Shown one piece after another: positions 8,948-19,052 of a stretch of DNA of 64,000 nt (within the stretch, counting starts at the first letter, position 1; each line of letters begins with the position of its first letter). This DNA is from an uncultured Pseudomonadales bacterium (GTDB lineage Bacteria; Patescibacteriota; Microgenomatia; UBA1400; PJMF01). The notes beneath the pieces were generated by a model that was not told the origin of the DNA, did not search any database, and was given only the letters and a program-made list of their open reading frames with translations. The stretch covers positions 30,569-94,568 of the forward strand of contig CAZOWX010000001.1 in the NCBI GenBank assembly GCA_964583795.1. Direction: 5' to 3'. The position numbers and the translations under genes are program-made.

Positions 8948-10517
8948 AACCTTCATCATTACACTTGTTTCCATTGTCGTTTTCGGATCAATTATTCGAT
9001 TCGTAGCTCTTGATCAATATCCACCTCAGCTTAACCGAGACGAAGCCGCTTTGGCCCTTAATGCCAGACTGATTGCTCAAACTGGTTTTGATGAGTGGCA
9101 TCATCACTTGCCACTGCAATTTCAGTCTTTTGGCGATTACAAGTTACCAGGGTATATCTACTTGTTATCAGGGTTGTTCTTAATTCACACTAGTGATGTT
9201 GTTGTGCGTTTGCCTTCAGCTTTAGCAGGGATGGGAATAGTCATTACTCTGCTATTTTGGGCACAAAATGTACTCAAATTTCCATTGTCGCGTGCATCCA
9301 AAATCGTCTTGCTCCTGAGCATTTCACTCTCTCCTTTTGCTATGTTTTACTCCAGGATGGCCTGGGAAGCAAACCTGTCACTTTTTCTGATGCTCTCTGC
9401 TTTGACACTACTACATTCTCAAAAACCAACACTTCACAAAGATCTTTTGGCTCTGCTGATCTACTTCGCAGCAATTTTGACCTACAACAGTGCATATATC
9501 TTGTTACCGTTCATTGCGTTTTCGGTAGTCTTATCAAGGGGAATCAACAAATACCGATTTTGGCTACTTCCACTCGCTTCATTTTTAGTCATATTTACCA
9601 TAAGCTCACTCATACTAATGTCGAATAACTCCCAAAAATCTGGAATTTTAATTTTTAGTGATGGTGCCATTCTCGATACCTATCCTAAATATCGCCAAAG
9701 TTTTCCTAATGTGTTGCGGCCCGTTGTCGGCAATAAATACGTCTATTTCTCACAGATTGCTGCCACTCACTATCTACAGACATTTTCTCCGTATTTTCTG
9801 ATTACTCATGGTGGACAGCACCCATGGCACTCAATTTTAGGGAAAGGGCACATTTTTTACAGTACATATGTTTTATTTCTTATCGGTGTTATGACTCAGC
9901 TGAGCAAAGCAATTTACTTTTTGAAAATGAGACACAAATGGAAAAAATTAAGTACTCGATCAATTATTCCGTTTTTTTTGCTAATCGTCTCACCATTACC
10001 CTCTATTTTTACCACAGACGCGCCCCATGCCACCCGAAGTTTGTTTACTTTTATCATGATTATTGTGTTTTCTGCTATCGGAGGACAACACCTGCTAAGC
10101 ACAGCAGCAAAACACTCATTCCAGTTGCGAAAAGCAGTCATCACCATTCTCTTGGGCTTGCTCATCTTTGAGGGTGCTAACTATTTAAACAGTTATTTTA
10201 TTGTGTGGCCCCACCAATTCTCTCCAGACTTTCAACTTGGACTCAAACAAAAAATCACAGATGAAGTGCTACAACCAAGAGACGGCAACATTGGCATTTT
10301 GGATACCGGCGAGTATGTATACGCCTCAGTCGCTTGGTATGCAAGGCTGCAACCACAGTTATTTTTCGATACAATAGAACGAAGTGGACCATCAGTAGCC
10401 GGTTTATATACTGTAACTCGAGTGGGGAAATACTACTTTATTCCTGACAAGAACATTGCTGTTCCTTACGGCTCAGAAGTACTCACTCCTACCAAATCTG
10501 GATGGGAATGGCAATAA
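8937..10517 (+). CDS. GT-C membrane glycosyltransferase, PMT_2/ArnT-like, paralog 4
   Basis: The start was moved to the ATG at 8937 (MNAKTFIITLVS…), overlapping the paralog-3 stop by 11 nt. Motifs are NRDEAALALNA, FQSFGDYKLPGYIY, RLPSALAGM and DAPHATRSLF. Confidence 0.7.
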   Translation: MNAKTFIITLVSIVVFGSIIRFVALDQYPPQLNRDEAALALNARLIAQTGFDEWHHHLPLQFQSFGDYKLPGYIYLLSGLFLIHTSDVVVRLPSALAGMGIVITLLFWAQNVLKFPLSRASKIVLLLSISLSPFAMFYSRMAWEANLSLFLMLSALTLLHSQKPTLHKDLLALLIYFAAILTYNSAYILLPFIAFSVVLSRGINKYRFWLLPLASFLVIFTISSLILMSNNSQKSGILIFSDGAILDTYPKYRQSFPNVLRPVVGNKYVYFSQIAATHYLQTFSPYFLITHGGQHPWHSILGKGHIFYSTYVLFLIGVMTQLSKAIYFLKMRHKWKKLSTRSIIPFFLLIVSPLPSIFTTDAPHATRSLFTFIMIIVFSAIGGQHLLSTAAKHSFQLRKAVITILLGLLIFEGANYLNSYFIVWPHQFSPDFQLGLKQKITDEVLQPRDGNIGILDTGEYVYASVAWYARLQPQLFFDTIERSGPSVAGLYTVTRVGKYYFIPDKNIAVPYGSEVLTPTKSGWEWQ

Positions 10518-10521
10518 TTAT

Positions 10522-11313
10522 ATGATCTCAGTTGTACTCGCGACCCACAACGAAGAAAAAAACATACAGCGCTGTTTGGAAGCGGTAAAAAGTTTTGCTG
10601 ACGAAATCATTGTTGTGGATGGTGCGTCAACGGATCAGACAGTTACCATTGCCAAAAGATTTGGGGCTCAAATCACTTCAACTACCAATAAACCCTTATT
10701 TCATATCAATAAACAGATGGCTATGGATATGGCAAAAGGGGAGTTAGTCCTACAACTTGATGCCGATGAAGTCGTTGATAAAGAGTTAGCCAGATGTATT
10801 CAAAAAATTCACACGCAGATAATCAGTGAGAAGCTTTCATCCGCACTTCCGTCGGCCTGGTGGATTCGTCGTAAAAACTGGTTTTTATCACGTTTTTTAA
10901 CAAAAGGTGGACAATATCCTGATCCAGTGATTCGACTCTACCAAAAAGGCAAAGCGCATTTACCGCAAAAAGATGTGCACGAACAAATGCAAGTCGATGG
11001 AGAAGTGGGCTTTGCAAAGGGACATTTACTGCACTATAGTAGTCCAACTTTTAACGTTTATTTGCGCAAATGGAATGACTACGCCACACTAAAGGCCAAA
11101 GAACTACTGGCACAAAAACGCTCAATATCTGCTGGCAACGCGGTTTATTTTTTACTTTTTAAGCCTGTTATAACCTTTCTTTCCATATTCGTTCGTCACA
11201 AAGGATTTGTCGATGGCATACCAGGATTCATTTTTGCGTTGTATAGTGGGTTACTGTTTCCAGTTGCATACTTAAAGTATTGGGAGATGCTACAAAAAAA
11301 GAATCAAACATGA
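10522..11313 (+). CDS. Glycosyltransferase family 2
   Basis: Start taken at the internal ATG 10522 (MISVVLATHNEEKNIQRCLE…IIVVDGASTDQT…LQLDADE). This is the GT2 fold. Confidence 0.75.
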   Translation: MISVVLATHNEEKNIQRCLEAVKSFADEIIVVDGASTDQTVTIAKRFGAQITSTTNKPLFHINKQMAMDMAKGELVLQLDADEVVDKELARCIQKIHTQIISEKLSSALPSAWWIRRKNWFLSRFLTKGGQYPDPVIRLYQKGKAHLPQKDVHEQMQVDGEVGFAKGHLLHYSSPTFNVYLRKWNDYATLKAKELLAQKRSISAGNAVYFLLFKPVITFLSIFVRHKGFVDGIPGFIFALYSGLLFPVAYLKYWEMLQKKNQT

Positions 11314-12395
11314 CCGTCCTACTCAATTCATCACCACTGCATAATGCCAACTCAATACGTGGCGTTGGAGTGTATACCCGTTTTTTGTCGGATGCACTTG
11401 AATCGCTTCAAACTCAACAAGACCAGTTTATTACCGGTGATGATATTGGACTTGATCAGCTCAACGCCATTATGGCAAAAAGAGGAATTGACATCATGCA
11501 TTACCCTTTTTTTGACCTGTTTTTGCACACATTGCCATTACCAATTGAACAAAAAATTCTTGGCAAATCAAAACAAAAAGTAGTTGTTACCATCCACGAC
11601 GTGATTCCACTGCTTTACCCCGATCATTATCCAGTTGGTATAAAGGGTTCATTTCATTTCTTTTTGCAAAAACAAGCATTGAAAAGTGTTGATGCAATTA
11701 TTACCGATTCTCAGACTTCCAAAGCAGATATCGTAAAGCATCTTTCGATGAATGAAGAGAAAGTCACCAGCATTCCTCTGGCAGGAAACCCTCAACTTCA
11801 AAAAAGTGACGCTGCTACAATTGCTAAAGTTCGCTCACACTTTCAATTACCTAAACATTTTGTGCTCTATGTTGGTGATATCAACTATAATAAAAATATT
11901 CCAGCGTTGATTCAGGCAGTACAATCAATCGATCAAAATGTTCATCTGGTGTGTGTGGGTAGGAATTTTTACCCACAACATATTCCTGAATGGCAAGCAA
12001 TAGAAGCAGTGCTTGAACCAGTAAAAGATAGGGTTCATTTTCTAACAAAAATTGCTAAAGATGATACTCAAACATTATCGGCCCTTTATAGTACTTGCGC
12101 GGTATATGTTCAACCGTCGTTATATGAGGGGTTTGGGTTACCCCTTTTAGAAGCAATGCAGTGTGATGCTCTGATTGTTTCCAGTAACACCCCTGCATTG
12201 ACAGAAATTGGAGGAGAAGGAGTACTCTTTGTTAAGCCGTCCACTAGTGAACTTGCTCAAGGAATCAAAAAAACGCTTTCATACACAGAGCAAAAAAAAC
12301 ACCAATTGAAAGCTAAAAACCACGAAACAGTACAACACTTTTCCTGGCACAAAACCGCTCTGCAGACAATCCAAGTGTATAAAAGCGTCCTATGA
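11310..12395 (+). CDS. Glycosyltransferase family 4 (GT-B)
   Basis: ATGA overlap with upstream gene. The C-terminal YVQPSLYEGFGLPLLEAMQCDALIVSSNTPALTEI is the GT4 EX7E-type motif. Confidence 0.8.
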   Translation: MTVLLNSSPLHNANSIRGVGVYTRFLSDALESLQTQQDQFITGDDIGLDQLNAIMAKRGIDIMHYPFFDLFLHTLPLPIEQKILGKSKQKVVVTIHDVIPLLYPDHYPVGIKGSFHFFLQKQALKSVDAIITDSQTSKADIVKHLSMNEEKVTSIPLAGNPQLQKSDAATIAKVRSHFQLPKHFVLYVGDINYNKNIPALIQAVQSIDQNVHLVCVGRNFYPQHIPEWQAIEAVLEPVKDRVHFLTKIAKDDTQTLSALYSTCAVYVQPSLYEGFGLPLLEAMQCDALIVSSNTPALTEIGGEGVLFVKPSTSELAQGIKKTLSYTEQKKHQLKAKNHETVQHFSWHKTALQTIQVYKSVL

Positions 12396-15277
12396 AAAAA
12401 ATAGTGTTACTACTTACTATCGCTGTACTCACGTGGGTCAACTTTCACACCTATCTTGATTCACGCTTCCCTTACACCAATGATGGAGAAAATCATCTCG
12501 CTCGATTTGCCAACTATAGAATTGCTTTGAAGGAAGGGCAAATTCCTCCTCGTTTCGCTCCCAATTTAATTAACCACTATGGCTATCCGGTCTTTAATTT
12601 TAACTATCCACTAGCCAACATTCTCTCGTTACCGCTAAGCGCTGTAAAGCTCAATCCAGAGCTCTCATTTAAGCTTATTGCGGTGAGTGCTTATGTGTTT
12701 GGATTGATAGGGATGATGCTGCTGTTGTCAAAACGCACACAATCAACCAAAGCAATACTACTTGGGTTGGTCGTTTTTGGAACAGCACCCTATTTTGCTA
12801 ATACCATCCTTTTCCGTGGGAGCATAGGTGAGCTGCTCGCTTTGACTATCCTTCCATGGGTACTACTCACAATTCACAAAACGATTGAGAATCATCGGTT
12901 TTCGGTATCGACTGTCATCATCTGGTCAGTTTTTTTGCTGAGTCACAACGTTAGTGTCGTCATTTCTATTCCATTTTTACTTGCATACACATTTTTTATG
13001 ATGTATCAGAGCAAGAAAATAACTACTTTTTTTTCCTTACTAAAAATGAGCGTAGCTTCGATAGGATTAACGTTGTGGTTTTGGCTACCAGCTTTAGCTG
13101 AAGCAGATGAGACCGTCGTGCGATCGGCAGCAATCGCGAATCAATTTTTTCAACACTTCCCAACAACACAGGAGTTATTGTTTGGTCAGTTACGTTTTGG
13201 TTTTTCCGAGATTGGCCCGGTCGATTCACTGGGGATGCAACTAGGAGTCGTTGTAACGGTGAGTATTTTCTTAAGTATGCTCGCAGCGATAAAACTACTG
13301 ATTACTAAACAAAAAATTTCTAAACGGATATTTTTTTTATTCTCAACAGTACTGCTGTTAATCTTTTTACAACTCGATCTCTCATCATTTATTTGGAAAC
13401 TCATTTCTCCGCTTCAGATTATTCAATTCCCGTGGCGACTCGCGCTACTCACGACGCTGGTCACACCACTTTTATTGATTGAAGTGATTCCGTACCTTTC
13501 TCGAAAGCTACTGTATTTGGTCGGCATGTTTGCATTGATGAGTGTATATCTTATTGCGCAACTCACACCAATCGATTACTTTCATAAAGAGCAAATCGAG
13601 TATGATTTATTCTCACAAAGCACTTCGACACAAAATGAGAATCGTACGAAAAATTTTAGTTATATTGAAATTGGTGATTGGAAGCCAACAGCAATAATAG
13701 AAGGGAATGGGAGAAGTGATGTTCGAGTGTGGACTGGATCTCACAGGTTTTATAAGCTTAACTTACAATCAACAAGTCTTATTATCGAGCCAACGATGAA
13801 TTTTTTAGGGTGGGAGACAACGGTCATAGACAAATCAGGCAAAAAAGAATCCATCAGGTACATCGATAATAATCACACTCAGGGCCGAATTGCTTTTGAA
13901 CTACCAAGCGGTGAGTATGAAGTGCGGTCAAGATTTACCCAAAATACTATTGCTCGAAAGATGGGGAACTCACTTTTTGTCGTGACACTTACACTGTTGA
14001 TCGGGTTTTTTATCATCCGAAACAAGGTCTATACAAGAACAATAGCAACATTTCGATCGCTAGCTGATACCCAAAAACTCATCGTGATTGCCACAATCTG
14101 GTGGGTTTTTCTCTTTATTATCGGAGCAGTTGCGCATTTCGCAATCCCCTTCACCAATACATTTTCTACCTATGCTGTACAGGAAGCCTCTCAATTACCG
14201 GACTGGTTTAAACATTGGGGAAACTTTGATGGGGGATCGTATATGATTATTTCTGAAAAAGGCTATCTTGGGATCGGTCTTATTCAGGCGTACTTTCCTG
14301 CCTATCCAATCATACTCAAGATCGTAACCGATAGACTTTCTTTTTTGGTTCCTTTGTTTGAAATTTCAATCCTTGATGTTCGCTTCATTAGCGGGATAGG
14401 CATTAACTTTATACTGACAATACTGCTATTTGTTGTCGCTAACCGATATTTTTCACTCCGATTCTCAATGCGGCAACGAACGAATATATTAATAGGTTTT
14501 CTCCTTTTTCCAACGGCGTTTTTTATTCATGCTCTGTACACGGAAACATTTTTTCTTTTCTTGCTGGTCCTGAGTCTCTATTTTTATCATAAAAAAAAGT
14601 TGAAATTGTTGTCGATAACGCTGATAGGGCTGACTGCTACTCGCATTGTGGGGATTGTTCTGGTCCCAGCACTCGTTCTTGATTTACTTTTTAGCTATAA
14701 GTGGGACTCGAAAAAATCTGTTATTAAACAAGTAGCACTATTCACTCGACAACACTTTCAAACAATTACTGCCATTGTAATTGGTGGGAGCGGCTTAGCA
14801 CTCTACATGTGGTATCTTTGGATGAATTTTCAGGATCCACTGTACTTTTTTCATGTTCAGTCATCATTTGGAGCAGGCAGACAACAATCAATTGTGACAT
14901 TTCCTCAAGTTGTCTGGAGATATATTAAAATTTTGTGGACAGCCCGTCCATTTAACTTGATGTATTTCAATTACCTCCAAGAGTTTCTGTTTACAATGGG
15001 AACACTTTTAATTTTAGTCATTGCCTTCATCAAAAGAAAGCAACTAAACATTTCATTACCTGAACTGTTTTTTAGCATCGGGGCGTTCTTTCTGCCTACG
15101 TTAACTGGAAATTTTTCGAGTATGCCCCGGTATGTACTTGTTTGTTTGCCAATTTTTATTGTCACGAGCCGGTTGTTTGAAAAATCGAAACTCGTGAAAT
15201 ATATTTACGTCACACTAAGCACATGTTTAGCTTGTATGAATATTATTTTGTTTATCCAGGGACACTGGGTCGCCTAA
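12392..15277 (+). CDS. Large (961 aa) polytopic membrane protein built from two GT-C-like halves (PMT/YfhO-like N-terminus, mannosyltransferase-like C-terminus)
   Basis: About 25 predicted hydrophobic segments. The N-terminal loop has DGENH. A central ~150-aa soluble segment sits around 13.6–13.95 kb. The second membrane half carries WGNFDGGSYMII. Family assignment is tentative. Confidence 0.5.
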   Translation: MKKIVLLLTIAVLTWVNFHTYLDSRFPYTNDGENHLARFANYRIALKEGQIPPRFAPNLINHYGYPVFNFNYPLANILSLPLSAVKLNPELSFKLIAVSAYVFGLIGMMLLLSKRTQSTKAILLGLVVFGTAPYFANTILFRGSIGELLALTILPWVLLTIHKTIENHRFSVSTVIIWSVFLLSHNVSVVISIPFLLAYTFFMMYQSKKITTFFSLLKMSVASIGLTLWFWLPALAEADETVVRSAAIANQFFQHFPTTQELLFGQLRFGFSEIGPVDSLGMQLGVVVTVSIFLSMLAAIKLLITKQKISKRIFFLFSTVLLLIFLQLDLSSFIWKLISPLQIIQFPWRLALLTTLVTPLLLIEVIPYLSRKLLYLVGMFALMSVYLIAQLTPIDYFHKEQIEYDLFSQSTSTQNENRTKNFSYIEIGDWKPTAIIEGNGRSDVRVWTGSHRFYKLNLQSTSLIIEPTMNFLGWETTVIDKSGKKESIRYIDNNHTQGRIAFELPSGEYEVRSRFTQNTIARKMGNSLFVVTLTLLIGFFIIRNKVYTRTIATFRSLADTQKLIVIATIWWVFLFIIGAVAHFAIPFTNTFSTYAVQEASQLPDWFKHWGNFDGGSYMIISEKGYLGIGLIQAYFPAYPIILKIVTDRLSFLVPLFEISILDVRFISGIGINFILTILLFVVANRYFSLRFSMRQRTNILIGFLLFPTAFFIHALYTETFFLFLLVLSLYFYHKKKLKLLSITLIGLTATRIVGIVLVPALVLDLLFSYKWDSKKSVIKQVALFTRQHFQTITAIVIGGSGLALYMWYLWMNFQDPLYFFHVQSSFGAGRQQSIVTFPQVVWRYIKILWTARPFNLMYFNYLQEFLFTMGTLLILVIAFIKRKQLNISLPELFFSIGAFFLPTLTGNFSSMPRYVLVCLPIFIVTSRLFEKSKLVKYIYVTLSTCLACMNIILFIQGHWVA

Positions 15278-15318
15278 ATACAAAATTCTTAACAAAAAAT
15301 CGATGATTGAGGAGCACT

Positions 15319-16257
15319 ATGTCACAAAAAATTATTGTTACCGGTGGAAGCGGCTTCTTAGGCACACATCTTTGTCGCTCGTTGCAAAAAGAGGGGTATG
15401 CGGTCCTCAACATTGATTTAAAAGAGAGCAGTGAAGTACAAACCATCATTGCCGATATCAGAGATGAAAAAGCAATGCACGAATACATCAAAGATGCCGC
15501 TGCAGTTTTTCACCTAGCGGCACTAATTGAAGCAGGTGAGTCGGTAAAATTTCCTCAAAAATTTATTGACTATAATGTTTCTGGCACAGTAAGCGTACTT
15601 GAAGCGATGAGAGCAAATAGCATTCCTCTGTTTTTATTTTCCTCAAGTGCTGCTATCTACGGCGAACCTCTGAGAGTTCCAATTGAGGAAGATGACAGAA
15701 CTTTGCCTATTAATCCATACGGAATGACCAAGCTTGCCATGGAAGCTCTAGTATCTTCTTATGTTTCCAGTTTTCAGATGACTGGAGTCGCTTTGCGGTA
15801 TTTTAATTTGTATGGACCAGAAGAACATCATCAGCCAGAATCTCATGCAATTCCGCGGTTTATTCGTCAAATTTATCACGGTGAGGAAGTAACAATCTGG
15901 GGAAGTGGGGAGTATCAAAGAGACTTTATTCATATTTCAGATGTTGTCAGTGCCCATACATTGGCACTACGCTACGCCTTAGAGCACCCAAAACAGTACC
16001 ACTACTACAATATATCAACAGAGATTCCGAAAAGCGTCATTGACGTCATTCACATGGTCGAAAAAGCAATGGGGAAGACAGCCAATATCACTCATTATCC
16101 TGATCGACCCGGCGATCCACTGATCCTGGTGGCTAAAAGTCAAAAAGCCAGGAATGATCTTAACTGGGTACCGCAGATGAAAATTGAAGATGGAATTGCC
16201 CAAACTGTTGAGTACTTTGTCAATCTCTGGAAAAATCAACCACCTAAAGATTTTTAA
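15319..16257 (+). CDS. NAD-dependent nucleotide-sugar epimerase/dehydratase (UDP-glucose 4-epimerase-like)
   Basis: A GGAG RBS sits 5 nt upstream of ATG 15319. The Rossmann motif is KIIVTGGSGFLGTHL. The SDR-extended layout matches the GalE family. Confidence 0.75.
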   Translation: MSQKIIVTGGSGFLGTHLCRSLQKEGYAVLNIDLKESSEVQTIIADIRDEKAMHEYIKDAAAVFHLAALIEAGESVKFPQKFIDYNVSGTVSVLEAMRANSIPLFLFSSSAAIYGEPLRVPIEEDDRTLPINPYGMTKLAMEALVSSYVSSFQMTGVALRYFNLYGPEEHHQPESHAIPRFIRQIYHGEEVTIWGSGEYQRDFIHISDVVSAHTLALRYALEHPKQYHYYNISTEIPKSVIDVIHMVEKAMGKTANITHYPDRPGDPLILVAKSQKARNDLNWVPQMKIEDGIAQTVEYFVNLWKNQPPKDF

Positions 16258-17788
16258 GTATTCCGGATAGATTTTTCAGTCGCTCCAGTAAAATCACCGG
16301 AGAGTTCATCAGCAGGTCTGTTAGTGTCCAGTTTTTCATTACCACTAACCACCAATTTTTGGCATCAAGGAAATATTTATACACACCCCAGTTTTTCGAA
16401 CTTGAGTGTTTTGCATGAATCACTCGAGAAGAGCTCGACACAACATTATGGTATCCAGCTCTTCTCAAACGAAGACTCAAATCAATATCTTCAAGGTATG
16501 ATCCAAACTTCTCATCAAATAACCCCACCTTTTCTAAAGCGTCAGCATTGTAGAGCACACAGGCTGCATTGGTCGCGGGAACCACTGTTGTTTTGTTTTT
16601 GGGTATTGTAGTGATTGGAACTGCTTTTCCCTTTTTAACTACTTCAACTCCTGCCGATTCAAGTTGTTCGTTTAAATCATAAATAAGTGGATTCAAGGAA
16701 CCAATTTGTTTCGTCATTGATTTAAGTAACTCTTCAATACTTCGCTCATTGCCTATCACATCATCATTTATTGTTCCCACATACTCAGTCGTAGCCACCC
16801 GAAATCCAATATTGACCGTCGCTGCAAATCCACGATTGTTATCAATAGGAATAAATCGAACATCTGGATATAAAGCCCGCATTCGCCAGATTTGTTTCCA
16901 GTTTAGGGCTGAAGTAACGATAATTAGCTGCGTTTGTCTTAAAAATGTATAATTCGCATGTAAAAAGTCAGTCAACAAAGCAGCTTTTATATTGGGAACA
17001 ACGAAGCTAGCTCCTTGATGAAGAATCGGATATCCATGCCTATCGGAGAATCGACGAACAACACTTTGTCTCAATATGAGTTGTTGCCAAGCAGAAAAAT
17101 ACTTGCGAGAAAATATATCCAGTGATTGAAAAAACAACTCCCGCTGAAGATATGGTTTCAATCGACTAATACTACCTGCCCCTTTATGCTCAACACTCAA
17201 TGGCGCAAATCCTGTCCTGTATCCAGAAGCTACTAATCGCATCGTTAAGTCACTATCTTCAAACCATAAAAAAAACCGCTCATCCCATCCACCAATTTTC
17301 TCTAAAGCTGATCGTCGAACTAAAACGCAACCACCTACGAGCGTTTTTTGCTTCAACTGTTGATGCTTTACTACATGAAGAGGAGTAAACTCAGAAAGTA
17401 AGGCTTCAAAAGTTGGTAGCGGTTTTTGATACCGCTCATCTGTAAATGTTGGCGAAACAGCATCAAGTTGGTTTTTTTCAGCATAGTGAAATAATTCTTC
17501 TATCTCAGATCCACTAATAAAAACGTCAGGGTTTAAAAACAGCACCCATCTGCCGCTAGTGGCCACTATGCCTTGATTAGCTGCATGTGCAAAGCCTTCA
17601 TTCCATCGATTTTGCAGCCACTGCACTTTTGGGAACCGCTTTTTCAACTCACTCATATTGCTCAATGAACTGTTGTCAACAACAGTAATCTCGTAAGAAT
17701 CAATGCCTGGATACAATCGAGATAAACTCTTTTTCAAATCATCCGGAGAGTGATAATGAATGATAACAATCGAAATGTTTGCTTTCAT
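16244..17788 (-). CDS. Tandem two-domain glycosyltransferase family 2 (rhamnosyltransferase-like)
   Basis: Two successive GT2 modules are present. The first is ISIVIIHYHSPDD…VVDNSS…LFLNPDV…WFEDSDLTMR. The second is QLIIVTSALN…IPIDNNRGFAA…INDDV…YLEDIDLSLR. Confidence 0.75.
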   Translation of the reverse strand: MKANISIVIIHYHSPDDLKKSLSRLYPGIDSYEITVVDNSSLSNMSELKKRFPKVQWLQNRWNEGFAHAANQGIVATSGRWVLFLNPDVFISGSEIEELFHYAEKNQLDAVSPTFTDERYQKPLPTFEALLSEFTPLHVVKHQQLKQKTLVGGCVLVRRSALEKIGGWDERFFLWFEDSDLTMRLVASGYRTGFAPLSVEHKGAGSISRLKPYLQRELFFQSLDIFSRKYFSAWQQLILRQSVVRRFSDRHGYPILHQGASFVVPNIKAALLTDFLHANYTFLRQTQLIIVTSALNWKQIWRMRALYPDVRFIPIDNNRGFAATVNIGFRVATTEYVGTINDDVIGNERSIEELLKSMTKQIGSLNPLIYDLNEQLESAGVEVVKKGKAVPITTIPKNKTTVVPATNAACVLYNADALEKVGLFDEKFGSYLEDIDLSLRLRRAGYHNVVSSSSRVIHAKHSSSKNWGVYKYFLDAKNWWLVVMKNWTLTDLLMNSPVILLERLKNLSGILKNL

Positions 17789-18975
17789 GTTTGTCTCAGT
17801 TTAAGATGCACAAAGTATAGATTGATGAGTAATCCGGTGCACTCAGTTCCCAACATTACCCAAGCCGCCCCGATACCACCAGCTATCGGAACTATAAGCA
17901 CATTTAATCCTAAATTTACTACTGTATTTGCTATTCCCCAAGGCAAAAACTGTTTTATTAGTCTAGAACTTTGCACAATCGTACTCAATGGAGAGTTTAC
18001 AAATAGCACTATAGTTACGAGTGAAAATACCTTGACAATCTCTTGAGAAGAAGCGTAGGCATCACCAAGCAATCCTTTGGTTAACAATGCGCTAAGTACC
18101 CAAAGCACACCTGCAGTCACTACACCGGTTATCCCCATAAGAAGCGTTAACATACCAATTTGCCGGCGCGTCATACTCCCTGATTGAGCAGATAAATGAA
18201 ACAAGTTTTGTCCAATAGTATTGGGAAGTAAGCTCACAGCATCAAGATAACGGTAAGCAGCAGAGTACAATCCCAATGCACTATGACCCAACTTTGATTC
18301 CAATATCATCGCATCACCTCTACTATACACTGCCGATGTTACGATCAACGAAGCATACGCACTTGATTCACTCAAAACTTTTTGAAGTTCATGAAATGAA
18401 CATCGGCGTAATGTGTAATACTGGGATGGTATATACCAAAAAAGAGTAAACAATGAGCTAAGTAAGAAACTGGCGTATATTTGAAACAAAGTCAGACTGT
18501 GCGCAAAAAAAAGTAGAAGTAGAAACGGAGCAAAATATTTTGATAATTGTTTTAGCGCAATGTAAATGGGTTGCTTGTGCACTAAGTAATAGGCATCAAC
18601 AATACTAGTCAAAGCTTCTGGAATCAGTAACAATAAACCAATAGTCAATTCAAGAAACGAAAAAACCCGAAACATACTGACGTACACAGCAAAAATAACC
18701 ATCGCCACTAGCAAAGTGACCAAGCGAGCTTGAGCACTCTTGCAAATAAGCTCTTGTTCTTTGTCTTTCGACCAATGCACTTGAAACCATTGAATGAGTC
18801 CCCAATCAAAGATGAGGGTGAGCAGTGAGATAACAATCATAAAATAGGAAAACTTACCAAAAATTTCAGGTTCAAGAACGCGTGCAAAAAAAATAAACAA
18901 AGCAGTTGAAAATAACTTCACAAGTAGTAAACCAGAAAAGTGGGCCCCTGAGCGAACAAGCAGTTTTCGTACCAT
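17785..18975 (-). CDS. Wzx-like polysaccharide/oligosaccharide flippase (MOP superfamily)
   Basis: About 12 TM segments. The N-terminus (LLVKLFSTALFIFFARVLEPEIFGKFSY) is typical of polysaccharide biosynthesis protein/Wzx. Confidence 0.65.
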   Translation of the reverse strand: MVRKLLVRSGAHFSGLLLVKLFSTALFIFFARVLEPEIFGKFSYFMIVISLLTLIFDWGLIQWFQVHWSKDKEQELICKSAQARLVTLLVAMVIFAVYVSMFRVFSFLELTIGLLLLIPEALTSIVDAYYLVHKQPIYIALKQLSKYFAPFLLLLFFAHSLTLFQIYASFLLSSLFTLFWYIPSQYYTLRRCSFHELQKVLSESSAYASLIVTSAVYSRGDAMILESKLGHSALGLYSAAYRYLDAVSLLPNTIGQNLFHLSAQSGSMTRRQIGMLTLLMGITGVVTAGVLWVLSALLTKGLLGDAYASSQEIVKVFSLVTIVLFVNSPLSTIVQSSRLIKQFLPWGIANTVVNLGLNVLIVPIAGGIGAAWVMLGTECTGLLINLYFVHLKLRQT

Positions 18976-19052
18976 ACAAATACGCTTAACAAGCGTCTCA
19001 AAACAGATGAGTACTGTAAGTATAGCAGCTTGGAAAAGAGTTAGGGAAATAG

